Assembly (NCBI GenBank): GCA_964558935.1
Contig: CAZLFP010000005.1
Coordinates: 20,667-84,666 of the forward strand
Direction of reading: 5' to 3'
Length of the DNA: 64,000 bases
Source: an uncultured Gammaproteobacteria bacterium
GTDB taxonomy: Bacteria; Patescibacteriota; Patescibacteriia; 2-01-FULL-39-33
Shown here: one piece after another, positions 49,178-59,374 of the stretch
Layout of the letters: each line of letters opens with the position of its first letter
How positions within the stretch are numbered: position 1 is the first letter of the stretch
Position numbers and translations under genes: made by a program
Notes under the pieces: generated by a model
Databases searched by the model: none
What the model saw: only the letters and a program-made list of their open reading frames with translations
What the model was told of the DNA's origin: nothing

Positions 49178-49846
49178 ATGAAATTGCCAGTTTACAATCA
49201 AAGTGGAGAACAGATTAAGGATATTGAATTGGATCCTAAGATTTTTAATGCTCAGATTAAGCCCGAGGTTATTCATCAGGTAGTTGTAGCTCAGCAAGCG
49301 AATGCTCGCCAGGTCTTGGCACACACCAAAGATCGGAGCGAAGTTAGAGGAGGTGGAGCAAAACCTTGGAGACAAAAAGGCTTGGGTCGTGCTCGTCACG
49401 GTTCTAGAAGATCCCCGATCTGGGTTGGCGGTGGAGTCACTTTTGGTCCGACCAAAGATCGTAATTTCACTCAGAAGGTTAACCAGAAACAGAAACAATT
49501 AGCTCTGGCCATGTGTTTGTCAGATCGGGCAGGTGCTAAGTCGCTGGTGGTGTTTGACCAAATTGGTTTTGAATCCGGCAAAACTAAAGATTTGACCAAT
49601 TGGCTAAAACTGTTGGCTGGCAAGTTAGAGTTACTCAAAGACACTAAGAAGTATTTATTGGTTTTGGACGGACAAAACAAGGATTTGGTTCAAGCAGCCA
49701 AGAATCTCAAGAATGTAACCATTATTTTAGCAGACAGTTTAAACTGCATTTCTGTTTTAAATCATGAGAAATTATTAATCACCGAAAAAGCTTTAGACAT
49801 TATTAGCAAGCATTATCGAAAAGTTAATCAAGCCAAGAAACAATAA
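49178..49846 (+). CDS. rplD: ribosomal protein L4
   Basis: Order and similarity. Confidence 0.9.
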   Translation: MKLPVYNQSGEQIKDIELDPKIFNAQIKPEVIHQVVVAQQANARQVLAHTKDRSEVRGGGAKPWRQKGLGRARHGSRRSPIWVGGGVTFGPTKDRNFTQKVNQKQKQLALAMCLSDRAGAKSLVVFDQIGFESGKTKDLTNWLKLLAGKLELLKDTKKYLLVLDGQNKDLVQAAKNLKNVTIILADSLNCISVLNHEKLLITEKALDIISKHYRKVNQAKKQ

Positions 49847-49847
49847 T

Positions 49848-50255
49848 ATGGGTATTTTTAATAAGAAAACTAAGCAGACCGATGAGCAACCCGCTGAACA
49901 ATCAGCAATCGGTTCAGTTCCAGTCAAGCAAGATGCTAAGAAGCCGGCCGGTCAGGTTAAACAACCTGGTCAGTCTACTTTTGGCATTTTAATTAGACCT
50001 CTGATTACAGAAAAAGCGACCAATCTTGGTAGATTGAATCAGTATGTTTTTGAGGTTAGTTCTGAGGCCAATAAAATTCAGATCGCTCAAGCTATTTTTG
50101 AACGATATGGTGTTAAACCTACTAAGGTTAATATTATTAATAATTTGGGCAAACGCGTTCGCTATGGCCGAAATTGGGGAAGGCGGAAAGATTGGACAAA
50201 GGCGGTCATTACCTTACCAGCCGGTCAAACCATAGCCATTCACGAAGGAGTCTAA
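49848..50255 (+). CDS. rplW: ribosomal protein L23 with N-terminal extension
   Basis: L23 core preceded by about 40 basic/Gln-rich residues. Confidence 0.85.
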   Translation: MGIFNKKTKQTDEQPAEQSAIGSVPVKQDAKKPAGQVKQPGQSTFGILIRPLITEKATNLGRLNQYVFEVSSEANKIQIAQAIFERYGVKPTKVNIINNLGKRVRYGRNWGRRKDWTKAVITLPAGQTIAIHEGV

Positions 50256-50257
50256 AT

Positions 50258-51106
50258 ATGCCAGTTAAAGTATACAAACCAACCACTCCAGCTCGACGTC
50301 AGACTTCAGTCTTGACCAGTTTAGATATAACCAAGAAAAAGCCGGAAAAGAAGTTAATTAAGAGTGGTAAAAATATGGCAGGCCGCAATGCTCAAGGTAA
50401 AATTACTGTGAGACATCAAGGCGGTGGTGCTAGAAAGAAAATAAGAGTTATTGACTACAGACGGGATAAATTTGACATTCCAGCAAAAATTGCAGCCATT
50501 GAATATGATCCAAACCGCAACACTCGTCTCGCTCTGTTGAATTACGCTGATGGTGAAAAAAGATATATGGTAGCACCTCAGGATCTTAAGGTTGGTGATC
50601 AGGTTTTGAGTTCCAAACAGAAGATTGAAATAAAGACCGGTAATGCCATGCCATTAAAGTATATTCCGGTAGGTATGGTTGTTTACAATGTTGAACTGGA
50701 ACCAGGTAAGGGTGGACAGTTGGGCAGAAGCGCTGGTAATAATCTCTACTTAATGGGATTGGATAGTGGCCATGCTCAGCTTAAGATGCCATCCGGTGAA
50801 GTCAGATTGGTTTCAGAGAATTGTTTGGCCACTTTAGGTTCAGCCAGCAACCCTGAATTCAAGAATATTCGATGGGGTAAGGCCGGCAGAATGAGACATA
50901 AGGGTATTAGACCTACAGTGCGCGGTAAAGTTATGAATCCAGTTGATCATCCGCATGGTGGTGGTGAAGGTTCAAATCCGATTGGTATGAAGCATCCGAA
51001 AACACCGTGGGGTAAACCGGCTTTAGGTGTTAAAACCAGAAAAAAAGGTAAGAAATCAGATAAGTTAATTATTCGTAGACGTAAAACTAAGAAACGAAGA
51101 AAGTAA
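50258..51106 (+). CDS. rplB: ribosomal protein L2
   Basis: [14 protein letters not shown]...; start at the internal ATG rather than the upstream-extended ORF. Confidence 0.95.
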   Translation: MPVKVYKPTTPARRQTSVLTSLDITKKKPEKKLIKSGKNMAGRNAQGKITVRHQGGGARKKIRVIDYRRDKFDIPAKIAAIEYDPNRNTRLALLNYADGEKRYMVAPQDLKVGDQVLSSKQKIEIKTGNAMPLKYIPVGMVVYNVELEPGKGGQLGRSAGNNLYLMGLDSGHAQLKMPSGEVRLVSENCLATLGSASNPEFKNIRWGKAGRMRHKGIRPTVRGKVMNPVDHPHGGGEGSNPIGMKHPKTPWGKPALGVKTRKKGKKSDKLIIRRRKTKKRRK

Positions 51107-51107
51107 T

Positions 51108-51392
51108 ATGGCAAGAAGTTTAAAAAAAGGCCCTTATATTGATGATAAACTCATGAAGAAAGTAGCTCAGGCAAAGAAGGGTGAAATAATTAAAACCTGG
51201 TCAAGAATGGCCACGATTACTCCTGAAATGGTAGGTCATACTTTTGGTGTTCACAATGGTAAAGAACATATACCAGTTTTAGTCTTAGAAAACATGGTTG
51301 GACATAAGCTAGGTGAATTTTCACCAACTAGAAAATTTGTCAGACATGGTGGTAAGATTCAAAAAGCCTTAGAACAAGCAGCCAAGAAATAA
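51108..51392 (+). CDS. rpsS: ribosomal protein S19
   Basis: [12 protein letters not shown]... Confidence 0.95.
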   Translation: MARSLKKGPYIDDKLMKKVAQAKKGEIIKTWSRMATITPEMVGHTFGVHNGKEHIPVLVLENMVGHKLGEFSPTRKFVRHGGKIQKALEQAAKK

Positions 51393-51393
51393 T

Positions 51394-51930
51394 ATGGATA
51401 TCACAGCAAAAGCTAAAAACATTAGAATGTCACCCAAGAAGATTAGATTGGTTTCAGATTTAGTCAAAGGTTTAGAGGTGGCTGAAGCGATAAGTCAGTT
51501 GTCTTTCTCAAAGAAGCATGCAGCTGAGCCAGTATTAAAATTGATAAAATCCGGTATAGCCAATGCTGTTGAGAATTTTAAGTTAGACAAGGCTAACTTG
51601 TTAGTTAAGGAAATTAGAGTCGATGAAGGAGTGACTTTACGAAGATGGATGCCAAAAGCCAGAGGTCGAGCGACTCCACTCAGAAAAAGATCGTCTCATA
51701 TCATCTTAACTTTGACAGAAAAAGTGCCAACAGACATTAAAGACATTAAGAAGCCTGAAAAGAAGACAGACGATATTGTTAAGATTGAAGATTTGGGCAA
51801 GGTTAAGCCTGAAGCCGATATTGATGATTTTAATGCTCCAGAGGCAAAACAGATTAAAGAAAAAAAATCAGGTAAATCAGATAAAGGTTTTATGGGCAAA
51901 GTTTTTACTCGTAAATCAGGTGAAAAATAA
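51394..51930 (+). CDS. rplV: ribosomal protein L22 with long Lys/Asp-rich C-terminal extension
   Basis: L22 core of about 110 aa plus about 65-aa extension. Confidence 0.9.
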   Translation: MDITAKAKNIRMSPKKIRLVSDLVKGLEVAEAISQLSFSKKHAAEPVLKLIKSGIANAVENFKLDKANLLVKEIRVDEGVTLRRWMPKARGRATPLRKRSSHIILTLTEKVPTDIKDIKKPEKKTDDIVKIEDLGKVKPEADIDDFNAPEAKQIKEKKSGKSDKGFMGKVFTRKSGEK

Positions 51931-51938
51931 TTAGAGTT

Positions 51939-52616
51939 ATGGGACAAAAAGTACATCCAAAAGCATTTAGAATAAAAATCAACAAAACTTGGGATTCCAA
52001 GTGGTTTGCTGATAAAGATTTTTCTGAATTATTAAAACAAGATGTTAGTATTCGTAGGTATATTGTGAAGAAATTAAAGACAGCTGCTGTTTCTAAAGTG
52101 GATATTGAGAGGTCAGCCAATGCCGTGACTGTAAGCATTCATTGCGCCAAACCCGGTTTAATTATTGGACGAGGCGGACAAGGAGCAGAAGAATTAAAAA
52201 AAGAAATTCAAAATAAGTTTTTGAAAGACGATTTTTCCAGAAAGAAAGGTATTAAGAATGTTAACATTAACATTTTAGAAGTTAGTAATCCCGGTTTAGA
52301 TTCAGCTGTCATTATGCACCAGATCATTGCTGATTTAGAAAAGCGTATTCCATTTAGACGCGCTGTTAAACAGGCGATGAATAGAGCGGAAAAAGCCGGA
52401 GCTAAAGGTATTAAGGTGATTGTCAGTGGTCGGTTAAATGGAGTTGAAATCGCCCGTACAGAAACATTCTTATCCGGTAAGATTCCTTTACACACCTTAA
52501 GAGCAGATATTGATTATTCTCGGGGTGCGGCCAGTACCATTTACGGACAAATCGGTGTCAAGGTTTGGATCTATCGGGGTGAAGTTTTTGACAAACCAGA
52601 AAATAATAAAAAATAA
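51939..52616 (+). CDS. rpsC: ribosomal protein S3
   Basis: MGQKVHPKAFR...; KH domain. Confidence 0.95.
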   Translation: MGQKVHPKAFRIKINKTWDSKWFADKDFSELLKQDVSIRRYIVKKLKTAAVSKVDIERSANAVTVSIHCAKPGLIIGRGGQGAEELKKEIQNKFLKDDFSRKKGIKNVNINILEVSNPGLDSAVIMHQIIADLEKRIPFRRAVKQAMNRAEKAGAKGIKVIVSGRLNGVEIARTETFLSGKIPLHTLRADIDYSRGAASTIYGQIGVKVWIYRGEVFDKPENNKK

Positions 52617-52638
52617 TAGATAGTTCAGATATAAAGAT

Positions 52639-53046
52639 ATGTTAGCGCCTAAGAAATTAAAACGTAGAAAACCACATCGACCCAAAGTCGGTGGTCCGGC
52701 AACCAGTAGTAATAAAATTGCTTTTGGTAAGTTTGCTTTAAAAGCTACTACCGGTGGCTGGGTTAAGGCTCAACAGATAGAATCTGCCAGAAGGGTGATT
52801 ACTCGTTATTTAAAAAGAGGCGGTAAGATTTGGATTAGAATTTTTCCGCACCGAGCAATTACCGGCAAAGGTACTCAAGCAACCATGGGTAGCGGTAAGG
52901 GTGTGCCAGAGTATTATGTGGCTGTTGTTAGGCCCGGAAATATTATTTTTGAGATTGATGGTGTTACGGAAAAACAAGCAAAAGAAGCTTTAAGTTTAGC
53001 TGGCTATAAGTTTCCGGTTAAAACTCAAGTCATAACCAAGGAGTAA
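52639..53046 (+). CDS. rplP: ribosomal protein L16
   Basis: MLAPKKLK.RK... Confidence 0.95.
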   Translation: MLAPKKLKRRKPHRPKVGGPATSSNKIAFGKFALKATTGGWVKAQQIESARRVITRYLKRGGKIWIRIFPHRAITGKGTQATMGSGKGVPEYYVAVVRPGNIIFEIDGVTEKQAKEALSLAGYKFPVKTQVITKE

Positions 53047-53050
53047 AGAT

Positions 53051-53236
53051 ATGGACATGAAAGAAATTAACAATTTATCCAAAGTGGAATTAACTAATTT
53101 ATTGCAGGAATTGAGAGGCAAGTTAGATGAGTTAAAATACAAAGCTGCTCAAAAACAGTTAAAGAATGTGAGGGAAATTAGAATCGTTAAAAGAGATATT
53201 GCTAGAATTATGACTAACTTGAAGACAAAACAATAA
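53051..53236 (+). CDS. rpmC: ribosomal protein L29
   Basis: Size and position; helical pattern. Confidence 0.85.
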   Translation: MDMKEINNLSKVELTNLLQELRGKLDELKYKAAQKQLKNVREIRIVKRDIARIMTNLKTKQ

Positions 53237-53237
53237 T

Positions 53238-53480
53238 ATGACTGAAAAGAAAACAATTCAAAGAAAATTCAAGGGTCAGGTCGTCTCCGATAAGATGGAC
53301 AAGACGGTTGTGGTTAGAGTTGATCACTTTAAGTTGCATCCCAGATACCAGAAAAGATATCGTGTCAGCCAAAAATACAAAGCTCATGATCCTAAGAATC
53401 AATACAAGCTTGGGGATATGGTTGAAATTGTTGAATGTCGTCCTCTAAGCAAGGATAAGAAATGGCGAGTTATTTACTAA
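53238..53480 (+). CDS. rpsQ: ribosomal protein S17
   Basis: [15 protein letters not shown]. Confidence 0.9.
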   Translation: MTEKKTIQRKFKGQVVSDKMDKTVVVRVDHFKLHPRYQKRYRVSQKYKAHDPKNQYKLGDMVEIVECRPLSKDKKWRVIY

Positions 53481-53500
53481 TAAGAGAATAGATTAAATAT

Positions 53501-53872
53501 ATGGTCCAAGCAGAATCAATGCTAACCTCAGCCGATAACACTGGAGCCAAGAAGCTCAAGGTGATTAAGGTTTTGGGTGGCTATAAAAAAAGATATGCCA
53601 GGCTAGGAGATATTGTCACAGCCTCAGTTAAAGAAGCTACGCCTCACAGCATGGTTAAAAAAGGTGATGTGGTTCACGCTGTTTTGGTGAGGACCAGAAA
53701 AGAAGTCAGACGGCCGGATGGATCATACATTCGTTTTGATGATAACGCAGTAGTAATTATTGATATGAAGAATAAAGAAATGAAAGGCACTCGTATTTTT
53801 GGACCGATTGCTCGAGAAATTAGAAACTTAGGTTACCAAAAAATTGTGAGTTTAGCTCCAGAAGTCTTATAA
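53501..53872 (+). CDS. rplN: ribosomal protein L14
   Basis: [17 protein letters not shown]... Confidence 0.95.
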   Translation: MVQAESMLTSADNTGAKKLKVIKVLGGYKKRYARLGDIVTASVKEATPHSMVKKGDVVHAVLVRTRKEVRRPDGSYIRFDDNAVVIIDMKNKEMKGTRIFGPIAREIRNLGYQKIVSLAPEVL

Positions 53873-53879
53873 CAAACAT

Positions 53880-54209
53880 ATGAAAATAAAAACTGGCGAC
53901 AAAGTAAAAATCATAGCAGGTAAGGACCGAGGCAAAGTCGGTAAGGTTTTGCAGGTTTTTAATCAGGAAAAGAAAGTGGTGGTAGAGGGTTTGAATCAAC
54001 TGATTAAGCACCAGAGACCGCGACGCCAGGGTGAAAAAGGACAAAGAATTCAGTTTTCTGCTCCCATTGCCATGTCAAATGTGTCTTTGGTCTGTCCGAA
54101 ATGCAGTAAGACGACACGAATTGGCCTGCAAATTATCAAACCAGAAGACAAAACTAAGAAAAAAATCAGAAATCGCGTTTGCAAGAAATGCGGTGAAGTG
54201 ATTAATTAA
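53880..54209 (+). CDS. rplX: ribosomal protein L24
   Basis: KIKTGDKVKIIAGKDRGK (KOW motif). Confidence 0.85.
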   Translation: MKIKTGDKVKIIAGKDRGKVGKVLQVFNQEKKVVVEGLNQLIKHQRPRRQGEKGQRIQFSAPIAMSNVSLVCPKCSKTTRIGLQIIKPEDKTKKKIRNRVCKKCGEVIN

Positions 54210-54213
54210 ACAT

Positions 54214-54756
54214 ATGGCTTCAAGATTACAAGAACAATATAAGCAAGAAATCATTCCAACCTTAAAACAGGAATTTGGATATCAGAACGTTATGGCTGTA
54301 CCTAAGTTAGATAAAGTCAGTGTTAATGTCGGCTTAAATGCCCGAAGCGCAGATACGACTATGCTGGAATTGGTGGAAAAAAGTTTGACTCGGATTACCG
54401 GTCAAAAACCGGTTAAGACTAAGGCTAAAAAAGCGATTTCCGCGTTCAAAGTTAGAGAAGGTATGGTTGTTGGCATGAAGGTCACCTTAAGAGGCAGTAA
54501 GATGTATGATTTTGTAGATAAATTAATCAATATCACCATTCCTAGAATTAGAGATTTCCGAGGCTTAGATAAGAAAATGGTAGATAAGCAAGGCAATTTA
54601 ACCATTGGCTTTAAAGAGCATAATGTATTTCCGGAAATTAGGTCAGATGAAATTGAAAGATTGCATGGTTTGGAAGTAACCATTGCTACCACTGCCAAAG
54701 ATCGTGAAGCTGGTTTAAGGCTGTTTGAATTGTTGGGCGTACCCTTTAAGAAATAA
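54214..54756 (+). CDS. rplE: ribosomal protein L5
   Basis: Order and similarity. Confidence 0.95.
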   Translation: MASRLQEQYKQEIIPTLKQEFGYQNVMAVPKLDKVSVNVGLNARSADTTMLELVEKSLTRITGQKPVKTKAKKAISAFKVREGMVVGMKVTLRGSKMYDFVDKLINITIPRIRDFRGLDKKMVDKQGNLTIGFKEHNVFPEIRSDEIERLHGLEVTIATTAKDREAGLRLFELLGVPFKK

Positions 54757-54770
54757 GTTAGATAAGATAT

Positions 54771-54956
54771 ATGGCAACAAAAGCACAAATTGCAAAATCA
54801 AATAAACCGGCTAAGTATTCTACTCGGGAGGTTAATCGTTGCTGGAGATGCGGTCGTAAACGAAGCTACATGCGTAAATACAAGTTATGCCGTATTTGCT
54901 TTAGAGAATTGGCCAATAACGGACAAATTCCAGGTGTGACCAAATCTAGCTGGTAA
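54771..54956 (+). CDS. rpsZ: ribosomal protein S14, zinc-binding type Z
   Basis: 61 aa with CxxC...CxxC (CWRCGR...CRIC). Confidence 0.9.
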   Translation: MATKAQIAKSNKPAKYSTREVNRCWRCGRKRSYMRKYKLCRICFRELANNGQIPGVTKSSW

Positions 54957-54976
54957 TAAAGATAATAATTATATAT

Positions 54977-55381
54977 ATGACAGATCCAATTGCTGACATG
55001 CTAACTCGAATCAGAAATGCTTCCAAAGTTAAGAAGCCTGAGGTTTATATTCCCTTTTCCAAATTAAAATTAGAAATTGTTAAAATTTTAAAGCGTCAAG
55101 GATATATTCAAGATTTTAAAGAGTTGAAACCAGACGAGACAGAAAATAAGTTTGGTGGCATTATGGTTGGTTTAAAATATAATAAGGGTAAGAAACCCGC
55201 CATAACCTCCATTAAACGAGTGTCTAAGCCAGGTCAACGAGTGTATGTCAGTAAAGATGAATTGCCAAAAGTATTGAATAATTTAGGTTTAGCCATTGTA
55301 TCCACGTCCAAGGGCGTTATGACCAACACAGAGGCAAAACAAGCCGGTTTAGGTGGTGAACTTATTTGCGAAATATATTAA
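54977..55381 (+). CDS. rpsH: ribosomal protein S8
   Basis: MTDPIADMLTRIRNA... Confidence 0.95.
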   Translation: MTDPIADMLTRIRNASKVKKPEVYIPFSKLKLEIVKILKRQGYIQDFKELKPDETENKFGGIMVGLKYNKGKKPAITSIKRVSKPGQRVYVSKDELPKVLNNLGLAIVSTSKGVMTNTEAKQAGLGGELICEIY

Positions 55382-55385
55382 TCAT

Positions 55386-55937
55386 ATGAGTAGAGTCGGA
55401 AAACAAATTATTGATATACCAGAGGGAGTTAAGGTTAAGTTTGAAGGTCAATTAGTGACTGTTAACGGTCCCAAAGGTGAATTAAAACAAGCTTTAGATC
55501 CTAAGGTGTCTTTAGAGATGTTGGATAACAGTTTACAAGTTAAGATTAAGGATGAAACAGACAGACAGCAGAAGGCTTTGTGGGGTTTGTATGCCAGTTT
55601 AATTAAGAATATGATTATTGGCGTATCTGAAGGTTTTAGTAAACAATTGGAAATATCCGGTGTGGGCTATACGGCAGCGGTAAGTGGCAAGACTCTAACT
55701 TTAAAAGTTGGTTATTCTCATCCGGTTGAATATGCCATTCCTGAGGGTATTGATATTAAAGTTGAAGGCAATGTTATAACCATCAGTGGCATAGACAAGC
55801 AATTGGTGGGTGAGGTTGCCGCTCAGATTAAAAAGGTAAGAAAACCAGAGCCTTACAAGGGCAAGGGAATTAAATATGTCGGTGAGCAGATAATTCGAAA
55901 AGCAGGTAAGGCAGCTGGTGGTAAGGGTGATAAATAA
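55386..55937 (+). CDS. rplF: ribosomal protein L6
   Basis: [14 protein letters not shown]; internal ATG chosen. Confidence 0.9.
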   Translation: MSRVGKQIIDIPEGVKVKFEGQLVTVNGPKGELKQALDPKVSLEMLDNSLQVKIKDETDRQQKALWGLYASLIKNMIIGVSEGFSKQLEISGVGYTAAVSGKTLTLKVGYSHPVEYAIPEGIDIKVEGNVITISGIDKQLVGEVAAQIKKVRKPEPYKGKGIKYVGEQIIRKAGKAAGGKGDK

Positions 55938-55945
55938 CCAAAGAT

Positions 55946-56299
55946 ATGAATAAACAGATACAACACAATCTAGTTAAAGCCAGAAGACACGGAAGAGTCA
56001 GGGCCAAGGTGAGTGGTACGGCTGCTCGTCCTCGTTTATCTGTCTTTCGCAGTTTAACCGGCATCTCTGCTCAGTTGATTGACGATACCCAAGGTAAGAC
56101 CTTGGTTGGTGTTACAGCGCGAGAAGTGGACAAGTCATTGTCTAAAATGGACAAGGCTCAGACTGTCGGTAAGTTATTGGCAGAAAAAGCTTTAGCTAAG
56201 AATATTCAAACGGTTGTGTTTGACAAAGGAGCATATCGTTACCACGGTCGAGTTAAGGCTTTAGCTGAAGCAGCTAAAGCAGCCGGTTTAAAGTTTTAA
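55946..56299 (+). CDS. rplR: ribosomal protein L18
   Basis: Order and similarity. Confidence 0.9.
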   Translation: MNKQIQHNLVKARRHGRVRAKVSGTAARPRLSVFRSLTGISAQLIDDTQGKTLVGVTAREVDKSLSKMDKAQTVGKLLAEKALAKNIQTVVFDKGAYRYHGRVKALAEAAKAAGLKF

Positions 56300-56308
56300 A
56301 AAAAGTAT

Positions 56309-56851
56309 ATGACAGATAACAAAACAAGAAGATCCAAATTTAAAAAAGACAAACCTGAGTTTGAGCAACAAATTGTGCACATTGCCAGAATTACTCGTGT
56401 TATGGCTGGCGGTAAGAGAATGCGCTTTCGAGTTTGCATGGTTATTGGAGACAAGAAAGGCCGAGTTGGAATTGGCTTAGCTAAAGGTAGAGATGTGTCT
56501 ACGGCTGTACAAAAGGCGGTTAAACAGGCTGAAAAGAATGTTATGAAAGTAAATTTGAAAGGTGAGACCATTCCGCATGAAGTTAGAATTAAGCAGGGTG
56601 CGGCTAAGATTTTGTTAAAACCGGCACCAGAAGGTACAGGTGTTATTTCCGGTGGGGCGGTTAGAACCGTCTTGGAATTAGCTGGTATTAAGAATGTGGT
56701 GTCTAAGATTTTAGGTACTAATAACAAAGTCAATAATGTTAAAGCCACAATTGCAGCTTTAAAGAAATTAAGACCTGTCGTGAAATCAACTAAGAAAACA
56801 GAAGCTAAATCTGAAGCTAAGTCCGAGGATCAGCCAGCAGAAACTAAATAA
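56309..56851 (+). CDS. rpsE: ribosomal protein S5
   Basis: RVMAGGKRMRFR..V.GDK.GRVG.G; Lys/Glu-rich C-terminal tail. Confidence 0.95.
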   Translation: MTDNKTRRSKFKKDKPEFEQQIVHIARITRVMAGGKRMRFRVCMVIGDKKGRVGIGLAKGRDVSTAVQKAVKQAEKNVMKVNLKGETIPHEVRIKQGAAKILLKPAPEGTGVISGGAVRTVLELAGIKNVVSKILGTNNKVNNVKATIAALKKLRPVVKSTKKTEAKSEAKSEDQPAETK

Positions 56852-56856
56852 CCCAT

Positions 56857-57303
56857 ATGTTAAATTTATCTAATTTAAAACCAGCTTCCGGCTCAACTAA
56901 GAGTCGTAAAAAAGTGGGTCGCGGTGGTAAGCGAGGTACTTATGCCGGCCGTGGTCTTAAGGGTCAAAAATCTCGTAGCGGCGGCAAGGGGGGATTAAAG
57001 GCTTTAGGTTTTAAACAAACCTTACAGAGAATTCCCAAAGTCAGGGGTTTCAAGAGTTCGAAGCCCAAAATGGAAATTGTTAAATTGGCAGATTTAAAAG
57101 CCAAGTTTCAAGATGGCGAAGTGGTCGATATCCGTAAGATGATCAAGGCGGATTTAATTGAATCCGGTAAAACCGGTGTGAAAGTGCTGGGTAATGACCA
57201 GATGGATAAGAAGCTAATAGTAGTAGCTGACAAATTTAGCCAAGCTGCAGAAAAAGCCATTTCTCAAGCAGGAGGACAAGCTCAGCTTAGAAACCAAAAA
57301 TAA
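56857..57303 (+). CDS. rplO: ribosomal protein L15 (directly follows S5; no L30 gene between)
   Basis: Gly/Arg-rich N terminus (GRGGKRGTYAGRG). Confidence 0.9.
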   Translation: MLNLSNLKPASGSTKSRKKVGRGGKRGTYAGRGLKGQKSRSGGKGGLKALGFKQTLQRIPKVRGFKSSKPKMEIVKLADLKAKFQDGEVVDIRKMIKADLIESGKTGVKVLGNDQMDKKLIVVADKFSQAAEKAISQAGGQAQLRNQK

Positions 57304-57308
57304 TTGGT

Positions 57309-58583
57309 ATGTTTAATAAACTGGCTCAAATCTTTAAAATTAAGGAATTACGTAACAGCATTTTATTTGTTTTAGCGATGCTGGTAGTTTTTAGAATTGC
57401 TGCCCATATTCCCATTCCGGGAGTGAACGAAGCTGCTTTAAAAGAATTATTTGAAGGCAACCAATTATTGGGATTGATGAATATCTTTTCCGGCGGTAGC
57501 ATGCAAAATTTTTCCATTGTCATGCTGGGTGTTGCACCTTACATTACCGCTTCAATTATCTTTCAATTATTGGCTATGATTATTCCGGCCTTGGAAGAAC
57601 TTCAAAAAGAAGGAGATTACGGCAGGCAAAAGATAAATATGTGGACACGTTGGGTGACCGTACCCTTAGCTTTCTTACAGTCTTTCAGTATGATTACTTT
57701 ATTGCAGAAGACCGCCCCTAATATTTTACCTGACTTTTCATGGCTGCAAGTTTTATTGGCTTGCGTAACCATTACGGCCGGTACCGTCTTTTTGATGTGG
57801 CTGGGAGAATTGATCTCTGAAAAAAAAATCGGCAATGGTATTTCACTCTTAATTTTTGCCGGTATTATTTCACGCATTCCCAGTTCCATTGGCAATACCT
57901 TATTTACCTTTGACAGGTCTCAGATAATTAACATGTTGATTTTTGGCGCGATAGCCATTATTACAGTGGTTGGTGTCGTTATTATCACTGAAGGTCAAAG
58001 GAATATTCCGGTGTCATATGCACGTCAAGTCAGAGGCAACAAAATGTATGGCGGAGTGGACACTCATTTGCCGCTCAGGGTTAATCAGGCCGGTGTGATG
58101 CCGATCATTTTTGCGATTGCCATAATCCTGTTACCTTCCATGGTAGCTCAGCTCTTTATGAATGCTCAAACGGCTTGGGTGTCTTCAGCTGCCGCCTGGA
58201 CTTACCAATTATTCCAGAACCAATTATTCTACGGTATTATGTATTTTATTTTAGTGGTGGCTTTTACTTATTTTTATACTTCAGTCATTTTTCATCCTCA
58301 GCAGATTGCTGATAATCTACAAAGACAAGGTGGTTTTATACCAGGCATTAGACCCGGTAAGAACACCGCAGAATATTTGCAAGGTGTAGTGACCAGAATT
58401 GTTTTTGTGGGTGCTTTATTTTTGGGTATTATCGCTGTTTTGCCTCTGATTACTTCGCAAATTACCGGTGGCAGCAATTTGGTAATTGGCGGTACCGGAT
58501 TATTAATTGCCGTGTCGGTGGTGATTGAAATCGTTAACCAGATAAACTCTCAATTATCCATGAGAGATTATGAGGAGATTTAA
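57309..58583 (+). CDS. secY: preprotein translocase SecY
   Basis: 10-TM profile; conserved GGSMQNFSI..LGV.PYITASII.QLL. Confidence 0.95.
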   Translation: MFNKLAQIFKIKELRNSILFVLAMLVVFRIAAHIPIPGVNEAALKELFEGNQLLGLMNIFSGGSMQNFSIVMLGVAPYITASIIFQLLAMIIPALEELQKEGDYGRQKINMWTRWVTVPLAFLQSFSMITLLQKTAPNILPDFSWLQVLLACVTITAGTVFLMWLGELISEKKIGNGISLLIFAGIISRIPSSIGNTLFTFDRSQIINMLIFGAIAIITVVGVVIITEGQRNIPVSYARQVRGNKMYGGVDTHLPLRVNQAGVMPIIFAIAIILLPSMVAQLFMNAQTAWVSSAAAWTYQLFQNQLFYGIMYFILVVAFTYFYTSVIFHPQQIADNLQRQGGFIPGIRPGKNTAEYLQGVVTRIVFVGALFLGIIAVLPLITSQITGGSNLVIGGTGLLIAVSVVIEIVNQINSQLSMRDYEEI

Positions 58584-58628
58584 TATTAGGAGAAAGAAAT
58601 TCCATACTAACATCTCTACACACCAATT

Positions 58629-58651
58629 CCGCCGTGACTGGCGGTTTTTTG
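58629..58651 (+). terminator. intrinsic terminator between secY and adk
   Basis: ccgcc-gtgact-ggcgg followed by a T6 run. Confidence 0.55.
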
Positions 58652-58693
58652 TTTTATAAGGTAAAATACCCGTATTAATAATAAGATAGAATT

Positions 58694-59374
58694 ATGAACG
58701 ACAAACCCTTTGAAATTATTGTTTTGGGTCCTCCGGTTTCAGGTAAGGGAACTCAAGCAAAGTTATTATCTGAAACATTTGAAATTCCACATATTTCCAC
58801 CGGCACTATTTTACATGGCATTAAAAGTGACGCTTCCCATCCCAGAAACCAAGAAGTGGCCGAGTATATGGATAGCGGTAAATTGGTTCCATCAGAATTA
58901 GTTAATCAGTTGGTTAAAGACAGGATTAATCAAGAAGATTGCCAGATCGGCTTTCTGTTGGACGGTTATCCCAGAACCATGGAGCAAGCTCAAGTGATAG
59001 ATCAGGCAGCTGATTTGGATTATGTTTTTTTAATTCAAGTCAGTGACGAGACAGTAATAGAGAGAATTTCAGGCAGACGTGTCTGTCAGAATGGACATAC
59101 TTGGCACATTAAGTTCTCTCCCACAAAAGTAGAAGGTGTCTGCGATACTTGTGGTCAACCCCTTTTTCAAAGAGATGACGATAAAGCGGATGTGGTTCGG
59201 CAAAGGCTGAATGTGTATCATGAGAATATGACTCCAATTATTACTTACTTTAGAGACAAGGGTAAATTACTTGAGATAGATGGTGAACAAAACATTGACA
59301 AAGTTTTCCAGCAAATGGTACATCATTTGGTTTATGATTTAAGACAAAAAAATTTGAACAATGGTCAGAATTAA
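58694..59374 (+). CDS. adk: adenylate kinase (zinc-lid type)
   Basis: P-loop GPPVSGKGTQ; LID CQNGHTWH...CDTCGQ. Confidence 0.9.
   Translation: MNDKPFEIIVLGPPVSGKGTQAKLLSETFEIPHISTGTILHGIKSDASHPRNQEVAEYMDSGKLVPSELVNQLVKDRINQEDCQIGFLLDGYPRTMEQAQVIDQAADLDYVFLIQVSDETVIERISGRRVCQNGHTWHIKFSPTKVEGVCDTCGQPLFQRDDDKADVVRQRLNVYHENMTPIITYFRDKGKLLEIDGEQNIDKVFQQMVHHLVYDLRQKNLNNGQN

Noticed and set aside
50174-50257. Upstream in-frame extensions of rplB, rplF, nrdG and others in the ORF track
   Set aside because: Extensions overlap the preceding genes and lack conserved N-terminal residues; internal ATGs matching canonical protein N termini were chosen.
56296-56748. 150-aa minus-strand ORF inside rpsE
   Set aside because: Antisense to S5; spurious.
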